From positions 192,001-256,000 of IMG/VR virus record IMGVR_UViG_3300045988_179268: 64,000 bases of DNA, one strand, 5' to 3'. The DNA comes from a virus. Both the position numbers and the translations under genes were made by a program. Below, one piece after another: positions 17,878-28,537 of this stretch (within the stretch, counting starts at the first letter, position 1; the number at the start of each line of letters is the position of its first letter). The notes under the pieces were generated by a model. The model searched no databases. It saw only the letters and a list, made by a program, of their open reading frames with translations, and was not told the DNA's origin.

Positions 17878-19059
17878 ATGCACATCTATGATAAGCATGG
17901 AAACACCCTGCATTCCCTCAAGGCAGGCGAAGAAGTCATCATCTTCAAGAAGGGAATTATTGCACCCAGGGCAGAACACACCTTTGGCAACCCCAATGTA
18001 ATTTTGGGCAACATCCTTGCCGCAACCAACACATCCGCCCTATTTATGCAGTGGAACACATCAGCCCCTACCCACCGCATCCCTGTAGGTAACGCTAAGA
18101 CTAACGCTCGAACCCTTCTCTACCCCCTCACTGACCAGGAACGACCTTACGGTATTGAAAGTATCCAGACTTGCGGTAAGAACCACCGCTACCGCGACAT
18201 TATGGAAGCTTACGCCTGGGCTAAGCACTACCTCACCACAAGCCCTGTTTACAGTTCCGCGCAGATGCAGAAGAAGCTGTCTGACGGCGCATACAAGAGC
18301 GACCTCAACTTCTCCGCCGAAGAACAGTTGAAAGAAAGCCTCTGCAACACGCTAGCGTCAGTCATTACGCTCACCACCTCCCTATTCCAGGCGGCGAAGT
18401 CCGAAGCGCTAGAAGCTAACGCTAAGGCGCTGAACGCGGTCAATAACCGCTACACCGTCGCCATGCACAACTTCACTGCGCTAGAGGCTGACACGGAGCG
18501 ACACTTCCTGCACGAACGTCTCCTAGTGGCAACTGGTGACATCCTGCGCCTCCATCTGCCCGGCGGAATTGTCCACTACGCGCAGGTGACAGGATTCACG
18601 AAGAAGGGCGATGGCGTGTACCAGGTTCATCTAATGTATGGCAACGGTAATGCTGGTAGCGTCATGCATACTCGCGACCGTGTAATGAATGGTTACATTT
18701 TGGAGGGTGTAGATGCGGCTATCACCGCTGAGAGCATTGACGTTCTCCCTCTTAAATCTATTCAGCAGGCGGAAAGTTGGGCAAGTAAAGCAGAATGGCG
18801 TAAGGTAGGCGAGAATAGCCGCGAAAGCATTATTGCCGCATACGAGAACAATGCCGCAACCCCTGAGGTATTTAAAGCTCCCCTGCGAGAAATTCACCTG
18901 TACCCCAACCCCTATGAAGTAGACCGTCACTATGACATGGAGGACATGCTTGAAGAAGTTCTACTTGAAAACTTCTACACCGAAGGTGAAGGCTACCAGG
19001 CATACCGCAAGGCAGTAGAAGCCCTCACTAATATTATTGCTCACATCAAAACCTGCTAA
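17878..19059 (+). CDS. hypothetical protein
   Basis: ATG after GAAGGA; promoter at 17832-17842. Confidence 0.65.
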   Translation: MHIYDKHGNTLHSLKAGEEVIIFKKGIIAPRAEHTFGNPNVILGNILAATNTSALFMQWNTSAPTHRIPVGNAKTNARTLLYPLTDQERPYGIESIQTCGKNHRYRDIMEAYAWAKHYLTTSPVYSSAQMQKKLSDGAYKSDLNFSAEEQLKESLCNTLASVITLTTSLFQAAKSEALEANAKALNAVNNRYTVAMHNFTALEADTERHFLHERLLVATGDILRLHLPGGIVHYAQVTGFTKKGDGVYQVHLMYGNGNAGSVMHTRDRVMNGYILEGVDAAITAESIDVLPLKSIQQAESWASKAEWRKVGENSRESIIAAYENNAATPEVFKAPLREIHLYPNPYEVDRHYDMEDMLEEVLLENFYTEGEGYQAYRKAVEALTNIIAHIKTC

Positions 19060-19076
19060 AAGGAGTTTAACCTCAT

Positions 19077-19829
19077 ATGATTAAGACTGATAGTCGAGAG
19101 TTAATGACTGACCAGCAGAGGTGGGTTATGGACAATCTGCTAGGCGAAACGGTAACTAGCACCCAATATGAGGTAGCTAACCTTCCCGCCTATGGTATCC
19201 GTGGTTCACGAAGCTACCAGCCATACATCATTGCGACGAACCAGCTGGGCATGAAAATCTACGAGCCTGTTTCTAGGCTTATCAATAAGTCGTCTATCGA
19301 CAGCCAGGGGTATCTCACAGCCCTTCTAAAGCAGGTGGGCGAGGATGATGACGCTACCTTGCGTCTCATTGAACATTTCTGTGTACTATCCACTAATGTT
19401 GATAGTGGTTCGCACTGGGTGCCAGTGAAGCGTGACCGCAAGGCGGGACATGTGGGTAAGTCCTACCGCCTTATGCCCATTGGAAGGGACTATGTGGTGC
19501 TTCGCCTATGGAACCAGACAGCGGAATTGGCGAACGTGGGTGAGTTCCTGCCGTTTTCCGCATGGCAGACCATCAGTTCCTCGGAGTGGGCGGAGATTGC
19601 GCCACGTCAGCGAGGGGTTATCCCTCATGCCTCCCTGGGTAATGGTGACGACAAGTCGGCTCTTGCCTTGGTTGCGCAGTGGAAGAGCGGTTCTGTAGCG
19701 ATTAGCGATGTGGAGGTGAATCCAGGTAGGGTTTCCCTCGACTTCACTGCCGCAACATACGCTTTCACAGCAGATTCTCATAACATTAAATATGCCGACT
19801 TCATTATCCCCCTAGAGGAGCTTGCGTAA
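19077..19829 (+). CDS. hypothetical protein
   Basis: ATG after AAGGAG. Confidence 0.65.
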   Translation: MIKTDSRELMTDQQRWVMDNLLGETVTSTQYEVANLPAYGIRGSRSYQPYIIATNQLGMKIYEPVSRLINKSSIDSQGYLTALLKQVGEDDDATLRLIEHFCVLSTNVDSGSHWVPVKRDRKAGHVGKSYRLMPIGRDYVVLRLWNQTAELANVGEFLPFSAWQTISSSEWAEIAPRQRGVIPHASLGNGDDKSALALVAQWKSGSVAISDVEVNPGRVSLDFTAATYAFTADSHNIKYADFIIPLEELA

Positions 19830-19889
19830 TCTGGAGGTCGTTTACCGTTGCTGGTGGTAAAATTATTTCTGTGCCACTCGCAACGGTAG

Positions 19890-19919
19890 TTGCGCAACCT
19901 TCAAAATATGTGGTATAGT
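19890..19919 (+). promoter_or_regulatory. promoter
   Basis: TTGCGC, 18-nt spacer, TGTGGTATAGT. Confidence 0.6.
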
Positions 19920-20032
19920 TTAGGTAGATTGAAATTTGAGGTGGCTACAGGGAGGAAACCTGAAAGCACCTACAAACCAACCACAGCTCAAAGAATACCT
20001 GTGGCGACCGCTACCCCCTAAGGAGAGACGCA

Positions 20033-20998
20033 ATGACTTCAAGTAACCCACAAGTCAAGAACGCAATCAACATCATCAACAACACCCTAGAGAGCATGAA
20101 GAAGCCATCCCAGTATGGCACGGAACTCACTAAGGACAAGCTGGATAAAATTGCAACCCCTGAACTGGGGTATCTGCTGAACATTATGCATCAGCAGTGG
20201 GAAATCATTAAGACCGTAGGTGTCACTACCAACAGTGGTGAAAAGCGACGCAATTACGAGCGTGCAACCAATATCCTGCGCGAAACGCTCATCACCATCC
20301 TGGACGAAGGTCATAAGACCAACTCCCGCAAGCAGGAAGTCCGCAAGGAATACTACACTAAGCTTGCACGTCACGCCGGTAAGCTCAACGCAATCTGGCA
20401 CAGCATCACCCCTATCGGAACCCCTCGAAAGACCCCTAACGCACCCTACACGGAGGAATACATGGAACGCCGCAACACTCTTAACGCCGACAAGGAACTG
20501 AACACCCTGCGCGGAATCAACGCCGCAAACATCATCACCCTCTGGGAAGCTGAACTGCGTAAGTCCGTAGCGAAGGCTAACAAGAACGCCCTCGATGAAA
20601 GCATCCGAACCATCTACGCAAGTGGCAGTAAGGACACTGAGGCGAAGGGTGTAGCAAGCCGCGCGGCAACCGGCGCTAACTACATCAAGAACACCGTTAT
20701 GCGTAACCTTGACTCCGCAATGGAACAGCTTAACACCATCATCGACTCCACTAGCGACCTCATTATCAAGCGTGAGAACCAGCTGACCAGTGAAGCACTT
20801 AGTGACAGTGGTGAAAACATCCTGCACCTCATCAAGACCCCTAAGAAGGGTTCTGCTGACGGCAAGGAAGTGAAGCGTAAGGCTGAACAGGTTAGCCAGC
20901 ACCTCAAGGCGTACAGTGAAATCACCAGCGAAGATAAGAAGTTTGAAGATATTGACGCTGACATGTACATTGACCAGTTGCTCAAGGACGGTGAATAG
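20033..20998 (+). CDS. hypothetical K/E-rich protein
   Basis: ATG after AAGGAGAG; the antisense ORF 20087..20902 is judged a shadow. Confidence 0.65.
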   Translation: MTSSNPQVKNAINIINNTLESMKKPSQYGTELTKDKLDKIATPELGYLLNIMHQQWEIIKTVGVTTNSGEKRRNYERATNILRETLITILDEGHKTNSRKQEVRKEYYTKLARHAGKLNAIWHSITPIGTPRKTPNAPYTEEYMERRNTLNADKELNTLRGINAANIITLWEAELRKSVAKANKNALDESIRTIYASGSKDTEAKGVASRAATGANYIKNTVMRNLDSAMEQLNTIIDSTSDLIIKRENQLTSEALSDSGENILHLIKTPKKGSADGKEVKRKAEQVSQHLKAYSEITSEDKKFEDIDADMYIDQLLKDGE

Positions 20999-21000
20999 CC

Positions 21001-21597
21001 ATGCGTGCAGACAAGACGCTCACCCGCATCAATGAACTGGAAGCCGCCCTCTGGGATGAAATCACCAGCGAGTCCACTTTGTGCGACCAGTACGGTCTTA
21101 TCCCTAATCCCACCCGCGTCGAACAGCTGAACAGCACCGCTAAGGTAAGCCGTGAAGTGGCACAGGCGCAAGGATTCGACGTATTGGGTGAAAATGTGGC
21201 AGGCGTGCTACTCTGGTTCCTCGGCAGTATCATTGCCCCCATTGCAACCCTACTACTTATCCTCGTGTCACCCTATTCGCTCATCCCGGTAGTTCTTATT
21301 CATGTTTGGGCGCGATATGTCCACAAGGTAGTGAACGCAAGCTCACTCATGGGCGCTATCCTGTTCGTGCGCGGCACCACCGAAGAAGATAAAGACATCG
21401 ACAAGATGTTTATCGGCGGCATTTGCGCCGCATTTGCCCTCCACGTCGTCACGGCGCTTTTCTTCATTGGCTGGAGTCCGGTAATCAGTACCGCACATAT
21501 GCTCCTGTGGTTGTCTGTGCCGCTACTGGTACTGGAAATCATTGGTTTGATTGGTGCTAAGGTAATGGCTGTTCGTGACCGTAAGGCAACCGACTAG
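21001..21597 (+). CDS. membrane protein
   Basis: translationally coupled to the previous gene; several hydrophobic segments. Confidence 0.65.
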   Translation: MRADKTLTRINELEAALWDEITSESTLCDQYGLIPNPTRVEQLNSTAKVSREVAQAQGFDVLGENVAGVLLWFLGSIIAPIATLLLILVSPYSLIPVVLIHVWARYVHKVVNASSLMGAILFVRGTTEEDKDIDKMFIGGICAAFALHVVTALFFIGWSPVISTAHMLLWLSVPLLVLEIIGLIGAKVMAVRDRKATD

Positions 21598-21620
21598 TCA
21601 CGTAGTGACATGCCCTTAAC

Positions 21621-21690
21621 AAAAAGTTAGGTTGAAAGTGTTCCTCTTCCGATATGGGAGAAATAACACTTTCAACCTAACTTTTTTCTT
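21621..21690 (+). terminator. intrinsic terminator
   Basis: 21-bp stem AAAAGTTAGGTTGAAAGTGTT/AACACTTTCAACCTAACTTTT followed by T-rich sequence. Confidence 0.7.
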
Positions 21691-21753
21691 TTATTGAGGG
21701 GCATATGGGCGCTACTGACGTTATTGTTCAGATTCTAGGTCTTGGCGTAAGCG

Positions 21754-22278
21754 TTGGGCTTTGCTTCATGGGGTATGTTGGCAGGGGGGGGGGTGAGGTA
21801 TATTTCTGTCTATACGGCGACCCTTACTGCTATCCAGTCAATTCTTCTAAATCAGCCCGCCGTACTAGCAATGAACCTTGTGAATTTGCTCTACTACACG
21901 GCTACTCTCTTTGAAGGTAAATTCCCTTTTCTTGAAAAGGCGGGTTACCGGGTTGCCGCAATTTCAATATCTTTAGGAACGGCGGCATACGTCCAGTATG
22001 TTGTTTTGGGGTGGGGCTTCTTCTCACCTGGTACTTTAGCGATTCTTGGGGGCGCTACGGGGTTGTTGATGGTTATCGCGCATAGTTTCGCCGCACTTAA
22101 GACATATACGGTTCTGAATGTTATCTGCTGGTCGTCATACTGTATTGTTGTTGGTAGTTTTGGGAATCTGGTAGGCAACGCATTTGTCCTTATTGGAGTA
22201 GCTATTTCGGTTTGGAAACACGTTAAAGCGAGACGTTGCGCCACAGAATCGAGAACCAGCATGTCAGAACAGCTTTAA
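21754..22278 (+). CDS. multi-pass membrane protein (probably begins at ATG 21705, frame broken at the G10 tract)
   Basis: long ORF starts at TTG 21754 with no RBS. ATG 21705 has a GAGGGG RBS and a TM-like N-terminus but is in another frame. The frames meet at G10, 21784-21793. Confidence 0.55.
   Translation: MGFASWGMLAGGGVRYISVYTATLTAIQSILLNQPAVLAMNLVNLLYYTATLFEGKFPFLEKAGYRVAAISISLGTAAYVQYVVLGWGFFSPGTLAILGGATGLLMVIAHSFAALKTYTVLNVICWSSYCIVVGSFGNLVGNAFVLIGVAISVWKHVKARRCATESRTSMSEQL
21784..21793 (+). repeat. G10 homopolymer at the junction of two reading frames
   Basis: 10 consecutive G; loss of one G fuses ATG 21705 to the 21754..22278 frame. Confidence 0.9.
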
Positions 22279-22281
22279 ACC

Positions 22282-22292
22282 TGTGGTATAAT
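22282..22292 (+). promoter_or_regulatory. promoter motif
   Basis: TGTGGTATAAT. Confidence 0.65.
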
Positions 22293-22330
22293 ATTCATAT
22301 ATATTGACAATCAACTTTGGAGGATGCCTC

Positions 22331-22657
22331 ATGGCAACTATTGATATTGATTCACTATTCGGAGTGGTAGACATTGACAATGTGGCTATCCGGGTTTTTG
22401 AAGAACCTGCCCAGGAGCCTGAGATGTGGGGTAAGCAGACCTTGCATCACTACCACATCGAAGTTATTAACAACGCTACTGGAGAGCCTATTGGTGGTGA
22501 AATCTCTACCGTAATGCCGCTGACAGCTTCTCTAGCGACCTGTTCTGATGATACTGTACGCTGGCTCGTCGGTGAGCAGATTAGCCTCCTAGAGGGCGGT
22601 CTGACGGATGACAGCATCGACGCTCTTGTTGGCGGACTCGACGTAGTTCGAGAATAA
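22331..22657 (+). CDS. acidic hypothetical protein
   Basis: ATG 22331 after GGAGGA; promoter at 22282-22292. Confidence 0.6.
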   Translation: MATIDIDSLFGVVDIDNVAIRVFEEPAQEPEMWGKQTLHHYHIEVINNATGEPIGGEISTVMPLTASLATCSDDTVRWLVGEQISLLEGGLTDDSIDALVGGLDVVRE

Positions 22658-22740
22658 AACATTAAGTGAGTCACAATATAAATAATATTGCGGCTCACTT
22701 TTTCTTTACGTTCAACACAACAAAACGGAGTTTTTAGAAA

Positions 22741-23271
22741 ATGCACCCAGAGGAACTACAAAGTCGCATCTCAACCCCAACTCTCGCTATCGGAGACGGA
22801 TTACTCCTCTTCCTACACGTATCAAGAAACACCCTAAAACCGCAACTATACAGAATCAGTGAAATAACAACGGGCGACAGATTCAAAGCAACGGCGGCAG
22901 ATAATAGCGACACTACTATTACTGGAACTTTGAGAAATGGCGACATAAAAGACATTGCAGGAGACGTAGACCCCTTATCTGTCCAGTATGCGCTGAATGT
23001 TGGCGGCAAGGTCAGCCAAACAGCCCTAGAGCCATACACTCCAGATGGAGAAGAGACGGTTCTACACCTATACCGACTGGGCGACACCTACACCCCACCT
23101 GACGGCAAACCCACAAGGATTAAAGCAATTTACGACTATGGACTTATCGCCTTAGATGACGGGGAGTTAGTTATGGATGAAGAACTACGCGAAGACGTAG
23201 AACACGACATTAACCTAAATACTATTGCCCCGCAAGAAATTTTAATGCCCCGATTGGCTGGGAACATATAA
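22741..23271 (+). CDS. hypothetical protein
   Basis: track ORF. Confidence 0.6.
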   Translation: MHPEELQSRISTPTLAIGDGLLLFLHVSRNTLKPQLYRISEITTGDRFKATAADNSDTTITGTLRNGDIKDIAGDVDPLSVQYALNVGGKVSQTALEPYTPDGEETVLHLYRLGDTYTPPDGKPTRIKAIYDYGLIALDDGELVMDEELREDVEHDINLNTIAPQEILMPRLAGNI

Positions 23272-23339
23272 ACACATGGTACTATAGAAGTGACAGCGCA
23301 GAAACACTGCGACATACAACTAAAAGGAAAATAAATCCG

Positions 23340-24278
23340 ATGACTATTCAGCCTGGCGACGGACTGCTCGCCATCTACGAACTCGATAAGAGTGACCAGC
23401 CTGATACTCCTACTATCGACGGCGACCTTGTAGATTTGCAAGAGGTGCTTGACCGCCTCGAAACTCACAAAGCAACACTTCTTAAGGTTACCGACGTTCA
23501 TAAAGAGGGTTGGGGAGCAAAGACCATTGCTGTAAGCGACAATGATAAAATTGTCACCTATGCCTACAATAATGGTGAGAACAAGCTTGTTGCAGTGGAC
23601 GGCGAACCAGCGCTAGAAGGCACCGTTGGTGAACCTGTTACCCTAATCCATTTAGGTCCCCCACTCCCTTTCCACACCCCACTCTCTGAGGAGCTGTACC
23701 TGCCTGAGGTGCTTGTGCGTTGGTGGAGTCCCGACGCTAAGCCTGGTAACACTCAGACTGCGCCCATCACCAATGCTTATAAGGATGTTTGCACTGTCTC
23801 CGGCGTGCCGGGGATTCTTGCCTCTGGTCCGCTTCGCGAGTTTATTTACGGAATTATTGGCAATGACACTCATGTTGTGAATCTGAATGCGCGAAGCCGA
23901 TATATCCCTATTCCTGGAAGTTCAGCTGTGGCTCTTGATGCGGTGGAACAGGCGGATGGATGGCGTGACCTACTTAATCTAGTCATGGATGTGCGCGACA
24001 TCTCCTATGAGGATGATTACTCTTTCCTGTTAGATGACTTCTATGCGGCTCACAGCAATGTGGAAGGCGCACCTTATGGCAGGCTTGAGGCAGAAATCGT
24101 TGCAGGATACCTTGACAATGTTCGCGTATCCCTTGAGGCACTATCAGAGAAATTGCCCCAACTTGTTTCTGTAATCAATGAGCAGGTTAAGTATCTCGAA
24201 CACACCCATAAGTTCAACCTTAATGATGACTCTGTAGAGGTTGAGGGAAATGAAGATGCCGAAGAGGTCAGTCGGTAA
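23340..24278 (+). CDS. hypothetical protein
   Basis: track ORF. Confidence 0.65.
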   Translation: MTIQPGDGLLAIYELDKSDQPDTPTIDGDLVDLQEVLDRLETHKATLLKVTDVHKEGWGAKTIAVSDNDKIVTYAYNNGENKLVAVDGEPALEGTVGEPVTLIHLGPPLPFHTPLSEELYLPEVLVRWWSPDAKPGNTQTAPITNAYKDVCTVSGVPGILASGPLREFIYGIIGNDTHVVNLNARSRYIPIPGSSAVALDAVEQADGWRDLLNLVMDVRDISYEDDYSFLLDDFYAAHSNVEGAPYGRLEAEIVAGYLDNVRVSLEALSEKLPQLVSVINEQVKYLEHTHKFNLNDDSVEVEGNEDAEEVSR

Positions 24279-24366
24279 TTAAATTAAGCGTTCGATGTGG
24301 CGGTTTGTTATGAATGTGGTTTCATGACAAACCGCCACTGTCTTGTATTATGCGATGCTTTAAAAA

Positions 24367-24377
24367 TGTGGTACAAT
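24367..24377 (+). promoter_or_regulatory. promoter motif
   Basis: TGTGGTACAAT. Confidence 0.65.
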
Positions 24378-24412
24378 TTATTAGTTAAGATTTTCCTATT
24401 GAAAGGCAAGAC

Positions 24413-25981
24413 ATGCGACACATGTACTTCCTCACAGGGGCACCTGGTTCTGGTAAGAGTACTTACGTCAAGAATGTAATTAAGCGACACAAACTGGGTC
24501 GCGTCATCTCCTGGGATGACTACCGCAATCGTTTCCGTGACCCTCACAATGATGAAACCTACGACATCCCCGTATATGCCGAAGAAGACGGGGTTGCTGT
24601 AGAAACCAGTGTGAAGCCACTCACCAAGGCGCAAGAAAAGATGGCAATCGACATCTCCTATATGGAAACTGAAATGCATGTACGCAACGGTGAAACCATC
24701 TTCATTGATAACACCAACACCAAGGTTCGCAATATGCGCGGCTTCCTCGACCTTGCGGAACGGTACGCCTACAAGGTATGGTTCATCGACATTCAGGGCG
24801 ACCAGACCCTAGAGCAGATTCTTGAACAGAACGCTTACCGCACCGGATACAAGCGAGTCTCTGATGAAATTGTGTCCAACATGCACGCACAGAACATTGA
24901 GCTACGTGCGAACTGGCGCAACATCTTCCAGGACAAGGATAACGTCAAGGGGTATATTGCCCCTGATGCCCTCATTGATAATCTCAAATCCTACGTGAAC
25001 TTCCAGAAGCCTGTTCGTTCACTCACTATGGGCACAGACTTTGGCAGGCAATACGAGCGAGTATGCATCTTTGGCGACGTTCAGGGAATGGGCGACACTC
25101 TAGAAGCCGCAATCCATAGCCTTTCACCTGACAAGGGGCTACACGACATGAGCACCCTTTGGATTTTCATTGGCGACCTGTTCGACCGAGGCAACAACCC
25201 CGTCAAGGTGGCAGAACTTGTACTACCTCACCTGCTTAACAACGCCCGCAACGTGAAGCTCATCAACGGCAACCACGAGTCGCAGGTACTTAACGCATAC
25301 GCAGGCGCTAACACCAATAAAGACACCCTGGACACTATTCGGGCACTTAGGGCGGCTGGGTATGGAGATGCCTGGGTCAAGACGGCTTTAACTGAGGCAC
25401 TACCCGCCGCCGAGCTTCGCCTCGACAGTGTAGATGAAGACGGTAGTATCTACAGCAAGTACCTGTACCTAACCCACGCGGGCGCACACCCGAAACTACA
25501 CGTCGATTCACTACACATCAAGGAGAATGGTTCCGGTAGGGGCAACCCCTACGGTAGCATCTACCGCTTACCTCTCAAGTATTGGGAAACCGGCTATAGT
25601 GACATTGAAGACTTCCGATACGGGTACAGCACCTACAAAGGTTGGGCTGAACCCCTCAACGACCTCTATGCTAAGGCGACCCGCCTGCACGTAGAGAACG
25701 GTGGGCACCCCAAGAGTGAACTTGTCGCAGTGTGTGGGCACCGTGGCGGATACGGCGACCCTGCACAGTACTCGAACCTTATTCCCCTGGAGTCCGAGGT
25801 AGAGTACGAGGGTGGCTCCCTTAGCGTTGCGGTATTTACCGCCCGCAAGGTGAAGCCTGTCACCTTTGGCTATCGGAAGACTTTTAAGCATGTTTGGGAT
25901 TATGAGCGACGCGAATACCCAGGCAATAGTGATGCTGAAAGGTTCTGGGTTTCCACTTCGGAGAAGCGCCAGAGCAAATAG
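24413..25981 (+). CDS. polynucleotide kinase / metallophosphoesterase (Pnkp-like RNA-repair enzyme)
   Basis: P-loop GAPGSGKST N-terminal domain; calcineurin-like motifs GDVQG, GDLFDRG, GNHE in the C-terminal half. Confidence 0.75.
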   Translation: MRHMYFLTGAPGSGKSTYVKNVIKRHKLGRVISWDDYRNRFRDPHNDETYDIPVYAEEDGVAVETSVKPLTKAQEKMAIDISYMETEMHVRNGETIFIDNTNTKVRNMRGFLDLAERYAYKVWFIDIQGDQTLEQILEQNAYRTGYKRVSDEIVSNMHAQNIELRANWRNIFQDKDNVKGYIAPDALIDNLKSYVNFQKPVRSLTMGTDFGRQYERVCIFGDVQGMGDTLEAAIHSLSPDKGLHDMSTLWIFIGDLFDRGNNPVKVAELVLPHLLNNARNVKLINGNHESQVLNAYAGANTNKDTLDTIRALRAAGYGDAWVKTALTEALPAAELRLDSVDEDGSIYSKYLYLTHAGAHPKLHVDSLHIKENGSGRGNPYGSIYRLPLKYWETGYSDIEDFRYGYSTYKGWAEPLNDLYAKATRLHVENGGHPKSELVAVCGHRGGYGDPAQYSNLIPLESEVEYEGGSLSVAVFTARKVKPVTFGYRKTFKHVWDYERREYPGNSDAERFWVSTSEKRQSK

Positions 25982-26112
25982 GTGTATGTGCGGTGCTTGC
26001 CGCCTCGAAATGTTGTGCTAATCACAATATGGTAAGCACCCGCATTACACCATCAGCACTTAGATGTGATACACTTGATAATGACCAGCCAGCACTACGA
26101 AAGGAAACCCCT

Positions 26113-27183
26113 TTGGCTACTGTAAAGACTTATGAACTGACCGTCCAGCACGAGCGTGTCGATGGCAACCCTAAGGCAAATCACACCTTCACCTATGAGG
26201 GTACCCTCCAGCAGATTGCAGACCAGATTCGTGAAGACGTGAACCGCGTCTCCAGCGTAGACGATGTACCCGCTATTACCGAACCGCTGGATAAGACCGA
26301 CAATATCCACATGACCAACAACTACATCAACCTGGAAACTCAGGTTGTGGCGCATAACAGCGAACTACATGTCTGGTTTACCGATGTTGCGGACATTAAT
26401 CCTGACCTGCTGACCTCCAAGACTCGAACCCTTATGGAGAAGATTCCTTCCAGCATCTTCCAGCCTTACGATATTTGGAACCTTATTGATTCTGAGCGTC
26501 GTGGCGATTCCAAGGTTCCCGGCGAGTCCATTCGCAAGATGGCAGAAGTTGTCGCCGCCGCCGCAACCGTTGTTACACATGCTGAGGCGATGCCGCTGAC
26601 CCCGAAGAACCTTGTTAGCTACGCTCAGGTGATGTATGATGAGTACTTCTTTGACGCGGCAGGGCGCGGTATCACGACTGCATCTATCGAGTTCCTGGGT
26701 AAGGAAAAGGTGAAGAAGGAAGCGTCTAATGATGCTGAGGAAGAAGCTCCTTCTCACGATATTGCAGATGAGATGCTTGAAGACTTCCTACTTGGCTCTC
26801 TGGGCAACCTCTTCTCTTCCTTGCTGGACGACAAGGACTCCGAGGAAGGTGACTCTGAATGCGGCGATTGCGACTGTGGCGAGGTGCCGGACTTCATTTT
26901 CTCCAAGATTGCAGAATTTGCTAAGCAGTTCGGTGGTTCTGTTGATGGTGAAGACTGTGACTGTGAGTCCGAGGAAGACTGCCGCCCGGACGTGAAGTCT
27001 TTCCTGGACGCAATGTTTGCTACTGAGGAAGACGAGGAGCCTTGTAACGAGTGCCCTGCCAAGGAGTCAGGTTGCGAAAAGGGCTCTGAGGATACTGAGC
27101 ACCGCTATGTTGTGGTTGGCTCCTGCGACTCCCTTAAGAACTTGGACAACCTGGCAGATGCCCTGGATAAGCTTGACATCTAG
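26113..27183 (+). CDS. acidic Cys-rich hypothetical protein
   Basis: TTG 26113 lies 7 nt after GAAAGGA (track GTG 25993); C-terminal CGDCDCG, CDCESEEDC and CNECP clusters. Confidence 0.55.
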   Translation: MATVKTYELTVQHERVDGNPKANHTFTYEGTLQQIADQIREDVNRVSSVDDVPAITEPLDKTDNIHMTNNYINLETQVVAHNSELHVWFTDVADINPDLLTSKTRTLMEKIPSSIFQPYDIWNLIDSERRGDSKVPGESIRKMAEVVAAAATVVTHAEAMPLTPKNLVSYAQVMYDEYFFDAAGRGITTASIEFLGKEKVKKEASNDAEEEAPSHDIADEMLEDFLLGSLGNLFSSLLDDKDSEEGDSECGDCDCGEVPDFIFSKIAEFAKQFGGSVDGEDCDCESEEDCRPDVKSFLDAMFATEEDEEPCNECPAKESGCEKGSEDTEHRYVVVGSCDSLKNLDNLADALDKLDI

Positions 27184-27195
27184 AGTTGAGTCGTA

Positions 27196-27245
27196 GCGAA
27201 GGCGCTGTAGCGAGTAACATCTTCGCTACAGCGCCTTTCTTTACC
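27196..27245 (+). terminator. hairpin terminator
   Basis: GCGAAGGCGCTGTAGCGA/TCGCTACAGCGCCTT stem. Confidence 0.6.
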
Positions 27246-27254
27246 CCTCAAATA

Positions 27255-27265
27255 TGTGGTACACT
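27255..27265 (+). promoter_or_regulatory. promoter motif
   Basis: TGTGGTACACT. Confidence 0.65.
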
Positions 27266-27310
27266 ATTTACAGATAATTGTTAGTTTGCCTCAACCTGAA
27301 GGAGTAAGCC

Positions 27311-28438
27311 ATGAACGCATGGTCAGCAGAAGACATTAAGGCTGGCGACGTAATCCTCGCCATCAGGAACCACGATGTATACATTCACGGTGGCGGCGTA
27401 AGCAACACGCTACTCATGGCTGAAAAATTCAACAGCGAGAAGGGTGCAATCGACTGCCTCAAAGGTAGCTGGGCACTCACCAAACGCGAATGCCTCAACG
27501 ACCTCAAATCCTATGAATATGTAGGCAACGGCGATAACGTGTACGCAGAATACGTAGAACGCATTGAGCTGGCTAAGAAACTGGACAAGCTGTCCGTATG
27601 GAGCCACACCCACTATGGACGCTACTTCACCTACGCTGACCGCTCCCTCAACATTACCGACAAAGCACAGGCGGAAGCACTCAAGGCGCACCTGGCAAAA
27701 ATCAAGACCGAACTTAAAAAGGTTCGCAACTACATCCAGGAACACTACTACGCCCTCTATGTCGGAACCCTACGCGAGTGGAAGCACATAAACATTCTGG
27801 ACACTACCGGCTTCACTGGACGCATCTACGCAAGTGGTAACGCCTTCACTGAGGCAGGTATCACCGCCGGAACCATCCTAAACATCTACACCAGTAATGG
27901 TCAGTTTGAGGAGCACTTCAATATTGTTGCCCGCGTCAAATCTGCAACCAAGAAGATGCTGACCCTCACCTTTGCAAACGGATTGACCGGCACCCTCAAG
28001 GCAGGAAAGAACCTAGAGCTCACTATCGACGGTAGCCGAATGCACTTTGCCCGTGTCTACGTTGCCGGATGCGGCACCGAAAAGCAGATGCAACAGTATA
28101 TTGACGCTCTTGCCGCCGACAAGGATAATGCACTCAACGCAATCAGCCTGTATCAGAACTTCTTCCTCAGCAAGGACACCTTTATGCAGAGGTGCGTTTT
28201 TGACTATGTTGCCAGGAGCACTAAGATTAACCATGACCACAGGTGGTTGCTTGGCTTGAGTGAATACTGGCGAAAGGGTAATCTATGGGATGACTACAAC
28301 GTCGCCCACATCAACGAAATCCTAGCTGTCACCCAGGAAGTCATGGATGATGCCATGTCTAACCTAGACCGCCTAAATGCCTCCGTAAGCGAAGGATACA
28401 AGCTAATCAATAAAGTGTACGCCTTGGAGGAAAACTAA
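27311..28438 (+). CDS. GDV-motif paralog 1 of 6
   Basis: N-terminal KAGDVILA and central LTIDG motifs shared with five downstream genes. Confidence 0.7.
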   Translation: MNAWSAEDIKAGDVILAIRNHDVYIHGGGVSNTLLMAEKFNSEKGAIDCLKGSWALTKRECLNDLKSYEYVGNGDNVYAEYVERIELAKKLDKLSVWSHTHYGRYFTYADRSLNITDKAQAEALKAHLAKIKTELKKVRNYIQEHYYALYVGTLREWKHINILDTTGFTGRIYASGNAFTEAGITAGTILNIYTSNGQFEEHFNIVARVKSATKKMLTLTFANGLTGTLKAGKNLELTIDGSRMHFARVYVAGCGTEKQMQQYIDALAADKDNALNAISLYQNFFLSKDTFMQRCVFDYVARSTKINHDHRWLLGLSEYWRKGNLWDDYNVAHINEILAVTQEVMDDAMSNLDRLNASVSEGYKLINKVYALEEN

Positions 28439-28537
28439 CGTCACAGTGGCGTGTAGGGGTGATTGAGTGGCATAAAACCTGCAATCACCCCTATGCGCAG
28501 AAACACACCTGCATATTCCACGGAAGAAGGCTCACAT

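Noticed and set aside
20087-20902. 271-aa antisense ORF inside 20033..20998
   Set aside because: No RBS or promoter motif, and it is entirely nested in a plus-strand gene with good signals.
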